A stretch of 26,803 nt of DNA from Capsulimonadales bacterium (GTDB lineage: Bacteria > Armatimonadota > Armatimonadia > Armatimonadales > Armatimonadaceae). A program made the translations under genes and the position numbers. Each line of letters opens with the position of its first letter. The first letter of the stretch is position 1. The notes under the pieces were generated by a model. That model was not told the origin of the DNA. It did not search any database and saw only the letters and a list, made by a program, of their open reading frames with translations. The stretch spans positions 1 through 26,803 of the forward strand of contig JANRLW010000067.1 in assembly GCA_033762295.1 (NCBI GenBank), written 5' to 3'. Below are positions 9,402 through 17,127 of the stretch, one piece after another.

Positions 9402-10862
9402 ATGTCCGAATACGACCACCATCGGAACCTGAAAGATCTGTTTTTGACGCGCCGGGAACTGCTGTCGCGCATGGGCAACGGCTTCGCCGCTCTGGGACTG
9501 GCCGGTCTGCTCGCGGAGGAAGCGAACGCCGCGCCGCCGGTCGCCCCGAAGGCGGCCTCCCTGAATCCGCTCGCGCCGAAATCGCCGCCGTTGCGCGCTA
9601 AGGCCAAACGGGTCATCTTTCTGTTTATGAACGGCGGACCGTCTCAGGTCGACACCTTCGATCCGAAACCCGCCCTGCAAAAGTATGCCGGGAAAGCGAT
9701 TCCGCTCAATCTGCCCACCGAGCGCAAGACCGGAGCCGCACTGCCCTCGCCGTATACGTTTAAAAAGTACGGGCAGTCCGGTATCGAGGTGAGTGAGATC
9801 TTCCCGAACGTCGCGCAGCACGTGGACGAGATGGCGATTATCCGTTCGATGCACGCGGATGTCCCGAACCATGAGCCGTCGCTGCTCCTGATGAACTGCG
9901 GCGAATCGCGTCAGATCCGCCCGTCGATGGGGTCGTGGGTCCTGTACGGTCTGGGCACGGAAAACCAGAACCTGCCGGGGTACATCGCCATGTGTCCGGG
10001 GGGCTTCCCGATCCAGGAGACGCAGAACTGGCAGTCCGGCTTCCTGCCGGGGGTGCTGGCCGGAACCTATATCGACCCGAACCAGACCGACATCGAGAAG
10101 ATTGTCGAGAATATCCGAAACCGTTACTCGTTGCCGGACGAGCAGCGGGCGCAGCTGGACCTGATTCAAAAATTAAACCGTCGGCATCTGGCGCAGCGGG
10201 GTGCGGACGCCGGTCTGGAGGCGCGGATTCAGTCCTTCGAACTGGCCTACCGGATGCAGAGCGAGGCGACCGACGCGTTCGACACGAACCGGGAGCCGCA
10301 GGCGGTCCGCGATATGTACGGGCCGGGCGTCTTCGCGCGGCAGTGCCTGATCGCCCGGCGTCTGGCGGAACGCGGCGTCCGGTTCATTCAACTGTATCAG
10401 GGGGCGGGCCAGCCGTGGGACAACCATGACGATATCGCCGAGGCGCATCGCAGCCTGGCGAATCAGGCGGATAAGCCGATCGCCGCGCTCCTGACCGACC
10501 TGAAACAGCGAGGAATGCTGGACGAGACTCTGGTCATCTGGGGCGGGGAGTTCGGGCGCACGCCGACGGTGGAACTGCCGACACCCGGGGCGAACGCCGG
10601 GAAGATGAACGGGCGCGACCACAACCACTACGGATTCACCTACTGGCTGGCGGGCGGCGGGGTCAAGGGCGGCACGGTCTACGGCGCGACCGACGAATTC
10701 GGATTCAAGGCCGAGGTCAACCCGGTGCATGTCCACGATCTCCATGCGACCATCCTGCACCTGCTCGGTTTCGACCATACCCGATTCACCTACCGCTACG
10801 CCGGCCGCGACTTCCGTCTGACCGACGTCTACGGCAACGTCATCCGTGACATCGTCGCCTGA
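9402..10862 (+). CDS. DUF1501 domain protein with Tat signal
   Basis: TRRELL twin-arginine motif plus hydrophobic stretch. AKRVIFLFMNGGPSQVDTFDPKP, ARRLAERGVRFIQL, WDNH, GEFGRTP, GRDH and DLHATILHLLG motifs. ATG 9402 follows GAGGA. Confidence 0.93.
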   Translation: MSEYDHHRNLKDLFLTRRELLSRMGNGFAALGLAGLLAEEANAAPPVAPKAASLNPLAPKSPPLRAKAKRVIFLFMNGGPSQVDTFDPKPALQKYAGKAIPLNLPTERKTGAALPSPYTFKKYGQSGIEVSEIFPNVAQHVDEMAIIRSMHADVPNHEPSLLLMNCGESRQIRPSMGSWVLYGLGTENQNLPGYIAMCPGGFPIQETQNWQSGFLPGVLAGTYIDPNQTDIEKIVENIRNRYSLPDEQRAQLDLIQKLNRRHLAQRGADAGLEARIQSFELAYRMQSEATDAFDTNREPQAVRDMYGPGVFARQCLIARRLAERGVRFIQLYQGAGQPWDNHDDIAEAHRSLANQADKPIAALLTDLKQRGMLDETLVIWGGEFGRTPTVELPTPGANAGKMNGRDHNHYGFTYWLAGGGVKGGTVYGATDEFGFKAEVNPVHVHDLHATILHLLGFDHTRFTYRYAGRDFRLTDVYGNVIRDIVA

Positions 10863-10875
10863 CGATCGGAATTAT

Positions 10876-10906
10876 CGCCCCTCGCCTGTGCCGTCAGCGA
10901 GGGGCG
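10876..10906. terminator. GC-rich hairpin between convergent genes
   Basis: CGCCCCTCGC (10876-10885) / GCGAGGGGCG (10897-10906), directly after the DUF1501 stop. Confidence 0.55.
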
Positions 10907-10935
10907 TAAGAACGAGTAAGAACGAGTAAGAACGA
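10906..10935. repeat. tandem repeat (GTAAGAACGA)x3
   Basis: Three exact 10-bp copies at 10906, 10916 and 10926. Confidence 0.9.
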
Positions 10936-10941
10936 AACGGA

Positions 10942-11661
10942 TTATTTCCCGATAGAGGCGATCAGGCTGTCGAGCGCTTTCTGATTGCGTTCGTTGGCGA
11001 AGGGCTTATCCGGGTCCGGACGTCCGCCGCCGCCGTACCCGCCGCCGCCCATCATTCCGCCCGGCGGTCCGCCACCCGGCATACCCCCCGGCGGTCCGCC
11101 GCCCGGAGGCCCGCCACCCATCATACCGCCGTACCCGCCGCCTCCGCGCCCGCCGAACTGCGGCTGAAGCGATTCCATCGCGGCCACCTGTTCGGGCGTC
11201 AGAAGTTTTTGAATGGCGGCGGTCTGCTGATCCGCCTCCTCGGGGGGCAGGGTGGCGGCCGCCTTGATTTTCGCCAGGATCGGCTGCAGAGCTTTTTTCT
11301 GTTCGGGTTTCAGTCCCTTGCCCTGGACCTCTTCGATGACGCTGAGATTGCGGACCATGCGAGCCAGCGCCATACCGCCGGTCGGCGGGCCACCGCGTCC
11401 GCCGCCGTAACCCCCACCGCCGCCGTAGCCCCCGCCGCCACGACCGCCGTACCCGCCACCGCCCATCATGCCGCCCGGCGGTCCACCGCCCGGCATACCC
11501 CCCGGAGGCCCGCCGCCCGGCATACCCGCGCCGCCGCGTTCCGCCGCCGGAGGCTTTTCCGCACCCGTAAAATAGTTCGCGTAGTAACCGCCGACGCCGC
11601 CGATCACCAGACACAGAACGGCCGCCGCCACGGTCGGAGAAACGTTCGGACCCGCACCCAT
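10942..11661 (-). CDS. Gly/Pro/Met-rich hypothetical protein with N-terminal membrane anchor
   Basis: GGGGAGG RBS, own promoter (11707-11736), hydrophobic N-terminal helix, and a helical core with LKPEQ/LTPEQ motifs flanked by GGGPPGGM repeats. Confidence 0.8.
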   Translation of the reverse strand: MGAGPNVSPTVAAAVLCLVIGGVGGYYANYFTGAEKPPAAERGGAGMPGGGPPGGMPGGGPPGGMMGGGGYGGRGGGGYGGGGGYGGGRGGPPTGGMALARMVRNLSVIEEVQGKGLKPEQKKALQPILAKIKAAATLPPEEADQQTAAIQKLLTPEQVAAMESLQPQFGGRGGGGYGGMMGGGPPGGGPPGGMPGGGPPGGMMGGGGYGGGGRPDPDKPFANERNQKALDSLIASIGK

Positions 11662-11706
11662 GGTCGTTACCTCCCCGGTAAGACGAGAATCAGTTCACTC
11701 TGCCGA

Positions 11707-11736
11707 ATTGTAGACGCACCCCGGCCGTTCTGTCAA
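11707..11736 (-). promoter_or_regulatory. sigma70-type promoter for the Gly-rich protein gene
   Basis: Minus strand TTGACA (11736-11731), 18-nt spacer, TACAAT (11712-11707). Confidence 0.65.
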
Positions 11737-11774
11737 TGATTTTTCAGGAAACGAACCGCTCAACGGGAGACGGG

Positions 11775-11805
11775 CGCCCCGTTCGATACACGATCGAACG
11801 GGGCG
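11775..11805. terminator. GC-rich hairpin downstream of the second PhyH gene
   Basis: CGCCCCGTTCGAT-ACACG-ATCGAACGGGGCG, 13-bp perfect stem, no U-tract. Confidence 0.55.
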
Positions 11806-11827
11806 GATGGGGGAGAGGGGAAAGGGG

Positions 11828-12562
11828 CTAAACCGGCTGGCCGTTGCGGGTGAGGGGGATCTCGTTGCGGACGAGTTCCCCGCTGCGCAGGTTGGTCAGC
11901 GGCGACTGCGAGTACTGGATGATGAACGCCTTGCGCGGCCCTTTCGAGCGGTTGACGCCGCTCTTGTGCATGGTCAGGCTGTAAAAGACCGCCAGGCTTC
12001 CCGCCTTGACCGGCACAGGAACGCCCTGGTTCGGATCGTCCGACGAGTGACAGACGAAGCCGAGCGGACTGCCGACGTGCTCGACCAGACCGTTCTTATG
12101 CGACTCCGGCAACACCCAGACGCAACCGTTCTCCACCGTCGCATCGTTCAACGCCAGCCAGAGGGTCAGGTACGGCGACGGTTCGACCGGGGTGTAGCCA
12201 TCGTCCTGATGCCACGGAAACTCCTTCTCACCCTCCGGCATCTTGAACACCGCCTGGTTCCAGTACAGGTCGATGTCCGGGCCGAGCAGGTCGGTCGTGA
12301 TCTTCACGAACTCCGGGCGCGTGACGAAGGCGCGAATCTCCTCGTCCTGTTCGGCCAGGTGGGAGGTGAAGGTAATCTCCTCCGCCCGTGAGATCCCGCT
12401 CGCGCCACCGTGCGCCTTCAGGTCCTCCTGGTGTCGACGCTGGTGCGCCTCAATCCGGTCCGCCAGGGCGTTCATCTCCTCGGTCGTGAAGACATTCTCC
12501 AGGACGAAAAAGCCCTTCTCCCGCAACTGCGCTTTCTGTTCTTCGGTGATGACAGGGATCAT
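11828..12562 (-). CDS. phytanoyl-CoA dioxygenase (PhyH) family protein
   Basis: ITEEQKAQLREKGFFVLENVF, FPWHQDDGY, WLALNDATVENGCVWVLPESHK and MHKSGVNRS…R motifs. ATG 12562 follows AGGAG. Confidence 0.92.
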   Translation of the reverse strand: MIPVITEEQKAQLREKGFFVLENVFTTEEMNALADRIEAHQRRHQEDLKAHGGASGISRAEEITFTSHLAEQDEEIRAFVTRPEFVKITTDLLGPDIDLYWNQAVFKMPEGEKEFPWHQDDGYTPVEPSPYLTLWLALNDATVENGCVWVLPESHKNGLVEHVGSPLGFVCHSSDDPNQGVPVPVKAGSLAVFYSLTMHKSGVNRSKGPRKAFIIQYSQSPLTNLRSGELVRNEIPLTRNGQPV

Positions 12563-12656
12563 CGCTACTCCTGAGGTCAAGATTTCAAACATCCTCAATT
12601 AACAGCGCAATCCCCGGAGCGACAAGGGCCGAAAATCACGTCCTTTTGTCGATTTG

Positions 12657-13967
12657 TCACCCGCGTCGGCGCATCCCCGCCATGCGGCGCATCGCCATCA
12701 TCAGGCCAGCCGGCATCATGGCCTCCTCGCCGTCCGTTTCCACCATGTCGGCGACCAGGTCCATGCTGCTCATCTGCTCGCGTAACAGGGTGGCCTGCCC
12801 CCGCATGATCGCGTCCATCGCGCGCTCGCCGGTCGACGTGTTGATCCACTGCATGATCGACGAAACGAACAGCTCCTTCAGATAGGCGAACGAAAACTCC
12901 TCGGTTTCGGCGGCGATTTCCCGGAGACCCGTCTCGGTCAGCCGGAGGTCGGCCTCCAGCGAGTCGTTGCGCAGGCGAAGATAGGCGATCCGCTCGTCCG
13001 ATCCCGGCAGCTCGAAGTGGTATTTCCGGTCGAACCGGGACGGACGGTCGACGATCGCGGGGTCCAGACGCTCCGGGTGATTGGTCGTCGCCAGCGTCAC
13101 GATCCCATGATTGGAGGCGAAACCGTCCAGTTCGTTCAGGAAGAAAGAACGATTGCCATCGTCTATCAGCGAATCCAGGTCCTCCAGAACGAGAATGCAC
13201 GGGGTCGTTTTCCGGGCGCGGGCGAAGACGTTGCGAATACAGTCCTGATCGGTGCCGTACTCGGTCTTGAAGCTCTTGACGTAGAGACAGGGCCGCTGCA
13301 GATGGTTGATCAGCGCCTTGACGCAGTGGGTCTTGCCGTTCCCCGGCGGACCGAGCAGGAGAATGCCGCGCTTCCAGGGGATGCCGTACCGGGCATACTC
13401 CTCGCTCCCGGCGAAAAAACGCTCCAGGTCCTCGCGAACCTCCTCCTTGAGCGTTCCGGCGAGGATCAGGTTATCGAAACGCGCGCCCTGGATTGCCTGG
13501 AACAGATCACGGCTTTTGGACCAGCTGCCGCCATCGAAGACCAGCACCTCACCGCGCACCTCGGCGCCCCATTCGCAGACGGCCTCAAAGAAGCGGACGG
13601 CGATCTCCCGGTCATCGGCCAGAATCCAGAAGTGGGAGTCCGTCTGGTGCATGCCGTACGGCCACGACAGCAGGAGGACATCGAGCGTATGCCCCTCCCA
13701 TCGGACGGCGTAGCGGACGCTTTTCGACTGCGCATTCAGCCCCTGGCCCGGCCCCTGCCACCCGGTGAGGACCTGTTGCGTCCACGCGGGATCTCCCGGT
13801 TCGGCGACGCATTTCCCCTCATAGACGAACAGGTCGAAGTTGAACGAACAGTCATCACCTTCCAGGAGGGCACGCCCCGGAAAGAGCGTCCGCAGCCGTT
13901 CGGTCACGGAGTAGGAAATCGCCGGGATCGGCTCACGCAGGCTTTCGAGAAACAGGTTCGTGGACAT
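12657..13967 (-). CDS. AAA+ ATPase (classic clade, Bcs1-like motifs)
   Basis: YGIPWKRGILLLGPPGNGKT (Walker A), ILVLEDLD (Walker B) and TTNHPERLDPAIVDRPSRFDR (SRH). Start at ATG 13967 (GGAAGG upstream). The alternative start 13997 overlaps the AraC stop (ATGA). Confidence 0.88.
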   Translation of the reverse strand: MSTNLFLESLREPIPAISYSVTERLRTLFPGRALLEGDDCSFNFDLFVYEGKCVAEPGDPAWTQQVLTGWQGPGQGLNAQSKSVRYAVRWEGHTLDVLLLSWPYGMHQTDSHFWILADDREIAVRFFEAVCEWGAEVRGEVLVFDGGSWSKSRDLFQAIQGARFDNLILAGTLKEEVREDLERFFAGSEEYARYGIPWKRGILLLGPPGNGKTHCVKALINHLQRPCLYVKSFKTEYGTDQDCIRNVFARARKTTPCILVLEDLDSLIDDGNRSFFLNELDGFASNHGIVTLATTNHPERLDPAIVDRPSRFDRKYHFELPGSDERIAYLRLRNDSLEADLRLTETGLREIAAETEEFSFAYLKELFVSSIMQWINTSTGERAMDAIMRGQATLLREQMSSMDLVADMVETDGEEAMMPAGLMMAMRRMAGMRRRG

Positions 13968-13993
13968 CGGTCGCTGCCTTCCGTCGGTTTTTT

Positions 13994-14848
13994 TCATTGT
14001 ATCCGAAGTTCGGGGCCGGCCGGAGGAGATATATAAACCTGGCGCAACTCGCGAAACTCGGCGCGAACCGCGCCCGGCGTTCGTCCGTACTGCGCCCGGA
14101 ACAGGCGGGACAGACGGGCGGCATCCCCGAGTCCCGTCCGTCCGGCAATCGTTTCGAGGGTCTCGTCGGTCGTTTCGAGCAGTCGGCGGGCGCGAGCGAG
14201 CCGCATCCGCTGTAGCATCTTCATCGGGGGAATGCCGCAGACCGCTCGAAAGGCCCGGTCGAAGTAGCCCGGATGCAGGTGGACTCGCGCGGCCAGATCG
14301 TCCCGGGTCAGTCGCCCCGACAGGTGCGTTTCCATAAACAGGAGCAGGTCGGAGAAGCGGTGGGTTCCGGTATCGAAGGCGGCGGGCCGCGTCGGAGAAC
14401 CGGCCGTCTGCCAGGCGGCGATCACTTCCTGCAGGAGGAACGCCATGCCGGCATTCACCCGCAGATCCGCCGTCGACGACTCGATCGCCGCCCGAAGCTC
14501 CTCGAAACTCGCGGAAAACGCCTGTCTGCGCCCGCCCAGGTCGACCACCGGGGTCACCGGCCAGCGCAGGAACAGGTCCGTCGGCGGGTCGCCGAGCGTG
14601 GCGTCGAACAGCATCCACTGGTGAACCCCCGGGCCGACGGCAAACTCGGAGAAGGTCAGATGCGGCGGATGCAGCATCACCTGGCCTGCCGCAACCGAAA
14701 ATCGCAGTCCGGCCGCCTCCGTGAGGACATCGCCCTCCAGAACGTGGCTGACGATCCAGTGGGGGTAACGCTCGCCCCGCAGGTCCAGCCGGGAATAGGC
14801 CGCCGTTTCGATCCGGTACAGCGTGATATCGAACCGCTGGCGCAGCAT
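13994..14848 (-). CDS. AraC family transcriptional regulator
   Basis: N-terminal cupin-like region and C-terminal double HTH (LTRDDLAARVHLHPGYFDRAFR…LETIAGRTGLGDAARLSRLFRAQYGRTPG). Start ATG 14848 follows GGAAAGGG; alternative start 14947. Confidence 0.9.
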   Translation of the reverse strand: MLRQRFDITLYRIETAAYSRLDLRGERYPHWIVSHVLEGDVLTEAAGLRFSVAAGQVMLHPPHLTFSEFAVGPGVHQWMLFDATLGDPPTDLFLRWPVTPVVDLGGRRQAFSASFEELRAAIESSTADLRVNAGMAFLLQEVIAAWQTAGSPTRPAAFDTGTHRFSDLLLFMETHLSGRLTRDDLAARVHLHPGYFDRAFRAVCGIPPMKMLQRMRLARARRLLETTDETLETIAGRTGLGDAARLSRLFRAQYGRTPGAVRAEFRELRQVYISPPAGPELRIQ

Positions 14849-15030
14849 CAGGTCCCTTTCCGTTGAGTCATGCGCTTCCCACTCCGGAGAGCGATCGTCC
14901 CGAAGGATATGGCTTTGATTCGCCGCCCGGCGACGGAATTCTTGCATTCAGCCGGGAGAAACGGGCAACACGTGCGGCCGTAACGGATTGTGACGACCGT
15001 CAGGTTTTCAAGAAGGAATCGGTTCTCTTC

Positions 15031-15059
15031 TTGACATATCGGTCATCTGTTTGTATAAT
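15031..15059 (+). promoter_or_regulatory. consensus sigma70 promoter of the LacI-family gene
   Basis: TTGACA (15031-15036), 17-nt spacer, TATAAT (15054-15059). Confidence 0.88.
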
Positions 15060-15079
15060 ATGCTCAAATATTTGAGCAT
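15060..15079. promoter_or_regulatory. putative operator, perfect 20-bp palindrome
   Basis: ATGCTCAAAT|ATTTGAGCAT immediately after the -10 box, covering the expected transcription start of a LacI-family gene. Confidence 0.75.
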
Positions 15080-15117
15080 CCGAGGTCGCGCTCAGGTTTT
15101 TTAACCGGAAGATCACC

Positions 15118-16185
15118 GTGACTCAGACGTCAAAAAGCCGAACCGCCAGGGTTCGTCGCATCACCCTCAAGGACATCGCCGGCATGGCCGGCGTCTCCGT
15201 CAGCACGGCTTCGCTGGTGCTGGCCGGCAAATCCGCCGATCGCCGAATCTCGCGTGAGGTGGAAGAGCGTGTCCGTGACATCGCCGTCCGTCACGATTAT
15301 AATCCCAATCTCCTCGTCAAATCCATGCAGCGCGGCCGGACGCACGTCCTCGCCTTTTACAGCGCGTTCCGACGACGCGAGCGTAACGACCTGTACATGG
15401 ATCGGTTATCGACCGCGATCCTGCGCGGGGCGGGGGAACGCGGCTACGATGTGCTGACCTACTGCGATTTCAGCCGGCCTACCGGGGACATCTACCGACA
15501 TATCAACGGAGGACTGGCCGACGGTCTCGTGTTCTTCGGGCCGTACGAATCCGATCCGCTGCTCCCCTTGCTGCGCGAATCCCGACTGCCCGTCGTGCTG
15601 CTTTTGCATGAGGACGCCGAGGACAAACTCTGCAGTGTCGTCGAGGACGTTCGTGAGGGAATCCGGCGGATCGCCGTTGCTCTGGTCGACCAGGGACACC
15701 GCCGGATCGCCGCCGCCATCAGTCCGCCCGGCGATCTGACCGACAGCCATCGACGTCTCGCACTCCTGCGCGCGTCGCTCGCCAGCCTGGGAGTGTCGCT
15801 GCCGGACGAAATGGTCGCGCCGATCAGCGACGATGATCGGTACCCCGCCGAGGATGCCCTGCGTCGATGGATGGCGCTCCCGGAACCGCCGACCGCGCTC
15901 TTCTGCTGGCACGATCGACTAGGCTATCGGATTCTGGAAGCCTGCGACCGGCTGAATCTGCGTATACCGCAGACATTGTCTCTCATCGGGTACGACGGAC
16001 TGCACTGGCCGTCGCTCTCCTCGCATGTCCTCACCTCGGTCGCGGTCGATATCGATGCCGCCGCCTCGGCCGCCCTGGGGATGCTGGACGGGCTGATCAA
16101 CGGGGAATCGCCGCTCGAACGGACGATCCTCCTGCCGGTGCGCTGGGAAGAGGGCACCACGTTCGGCCCCGCCCCACACCCTTGA
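15118..16185 (+). CDS. LacI family transcriptional regulator
   Basis: ITLKDIAGMAGVSVSTASLVL HTH and a PBP-like effector domain (GHRRIA, PTALFC, IPQTLSLIGYDG, LTSV). GTG start. Confidence 0.93.
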   Translation: MTQTSKSRTARVRRITLKDIAGMAGVSVSTASLVLAGKSADRRISREVEERVRDIAVRHDYNPNLLVKSMQRGRTHVLAFYSAFRRRERNDLYMDRLSTAILRGAGERGYDVLTYCDFSRPTGDIYRHINGGLADGLVFFGPYESDPLLPLLRESRLPVVLLLHEDAEDKLCSVVEDVREGIRRIAVALVDQGHRRIAAAISPPGDLTDSHRRLALLRASLASLGVSLPDEMVAPISDDDRYPAEDALRRWMALPEPPTALFCWHDRLGYRILEACDRLNLRIPQTLSLIGYDGLHWPSLSSHVLTSVAVDIDAAASAALGMLDGLINGESPLERTILLPVRWEEGTTFGPAPHP

Positions 16186-16218
16186 TCTCTTCGATCCGCC
16201 GAACCGGACGGGGAACGG

Positions 16219-16626
16219 CTACTTTTTACCGTACAATCGCTCCTCGCTGACAAGCACCGGAGCGATCTCCGTCCAGTCGCCCGCCCGCGCCTCGCGATAG
16301 TAACAGGATTCGTGGCCCGTGTGACAGGTCGGACCGATCGGATCGGCCAGCACCAGCAGGGAGTTGTGCTCGCAGTTGACACGGATCGCCTTCGTCCGAA
16401 GGAACATGCCGCTCGTTTCGCCCTTCATCCAGAACTTCTGTCGCGAACGGCTCCAGAAGCAGACGTTGCCCTCGTTCACCGTTCGAAGCAGGGAGTCCCG
16501 GTTCATAAAACCGAGCATCAGCACGTCTTTGGTCTCGTAGTGCTGGACGATGGCCGGAATCAGGCCGTTTTCATCAAAGCGCAGAGCCTCTATCGGAAAT
16601 TCGTTCATAGCGTTCGGCATGTTCAC
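16219..16626 (-). CDS. hisI: phosphoribosyl-AMP cyclohydrolase
   Basis: GLIPAIVQ, VLMLGFMN, FWSRSRQKFWMKGETSG and CHTGHESCYYR motifs. Start could also be 16620 or 16608. Confidence 0.93.
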   Translation of the reverse strand: MNMPNAMNEFPIEALRFDENGLIPAIVQHYETKDVLMLGFMNRDSLLRTVNEGNVCFWSRSRQKFWMKGETSGMFLRTKAIRVNCEHNSLLVLADPIGPTCHTGHESCYYREARAGDWTEIAPVLVSEERLYGKK

Positions 16627-16650
16627 CGACGCGGCGATCCTCGAAGGTTT

Positions 16651-17022
16651 CTACGGGCGGACCGCGAGCAGTCGATCGACAAAGCTCAACAGTTCCACCG
16701 GGTTGAAAGGCTTCGTGAGATACATATCGGCTCCGCGTCGGAACCCTTCCATTATATCCTTGTCCTGCCCCCGGGCGGTGAGCATGATGATCGGCAGGTC
16801 CGTCAGGTCGGGATCGCTTCGCAGCGTCCGAACCAGTTCGAATCCGTCCATCTCCGGCATCATGACATCCGACACCAGCAGGTCGGGACGATTCTTTCGA
16901 ATCCGGTCGAGCGCCTGAGTGCCGGTCGCGGCCGATTCCACCTGGTATCCCCGGCGTTCGAGCGTGACACAGATCAGGCGCATAATATTCGGTTCGTCAT
17001 CGACGGCGAGAATCCGCGGCAT
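16651..17022 (-). CDS. single-domain response regulator (CheY-like receiver)
   Basis: ILAVDDE, DVMMPEMDG (phospho-Asp), MLTA and YLTKPF motifs. 123 aa, no output domain. Confidence 0.93.
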   Translation of the reverse strand: MPRILAVDDEPNIMRLICVTLERRGYQVESAATGTQALDRIRKNRPDLLVSDVMMPEMDGFELVRTLRSDPDLTDLPIIMLTARGQDKDIMEGFRRGADMYLTKPFNPVELLSFVDRLLAVRP

Positions 17023-17076
17023 TGCATTATCCCTTTCCCGAATGGCTAATCGGCGCGTTATGGCGGCCGATGATTC

Positions 17077-17105
17077 ATTCTACGCGCGATCTTCCCGAGC
17101 GTCAA
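17077..17105 (-). promoter_or_regulatory. sigma70-type promoter for the response regulator (and probably hisI)
   Basis: Minus strand TTGACG (17105-17100), 17-nt spacer, TAGAAT (17082-17077). Confidence 0.65.
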
Positions 17106-17127
17106 ACGGAGGCGAATCAACCGGCGG

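Noticed and set aside
9402..10862. Calling the DUF1501 protein a sulfatase
   Set aside because: No (C/S)xPxR formylglycine motif is visible, so the activity is unsupported.
10906..10935. Possible CRISPR array
   Set aside because: The units are 10 bp and contiguous, with no spacers and no cas genes in the window.
12657..13967. AAA ATPase as part of an anti-phage defence system
   Set aside because: No adjacent nuclease, protease or other effector gene. Its neighbours are a regulator and a dioxygenase.
13998..14618. N-terminal extension of the 653-aa AAA ORF
   Set aside because: It overlaps the AraC gene in another frame and is Arg/Pro-rich noise. The real start is 13967 or 13997.
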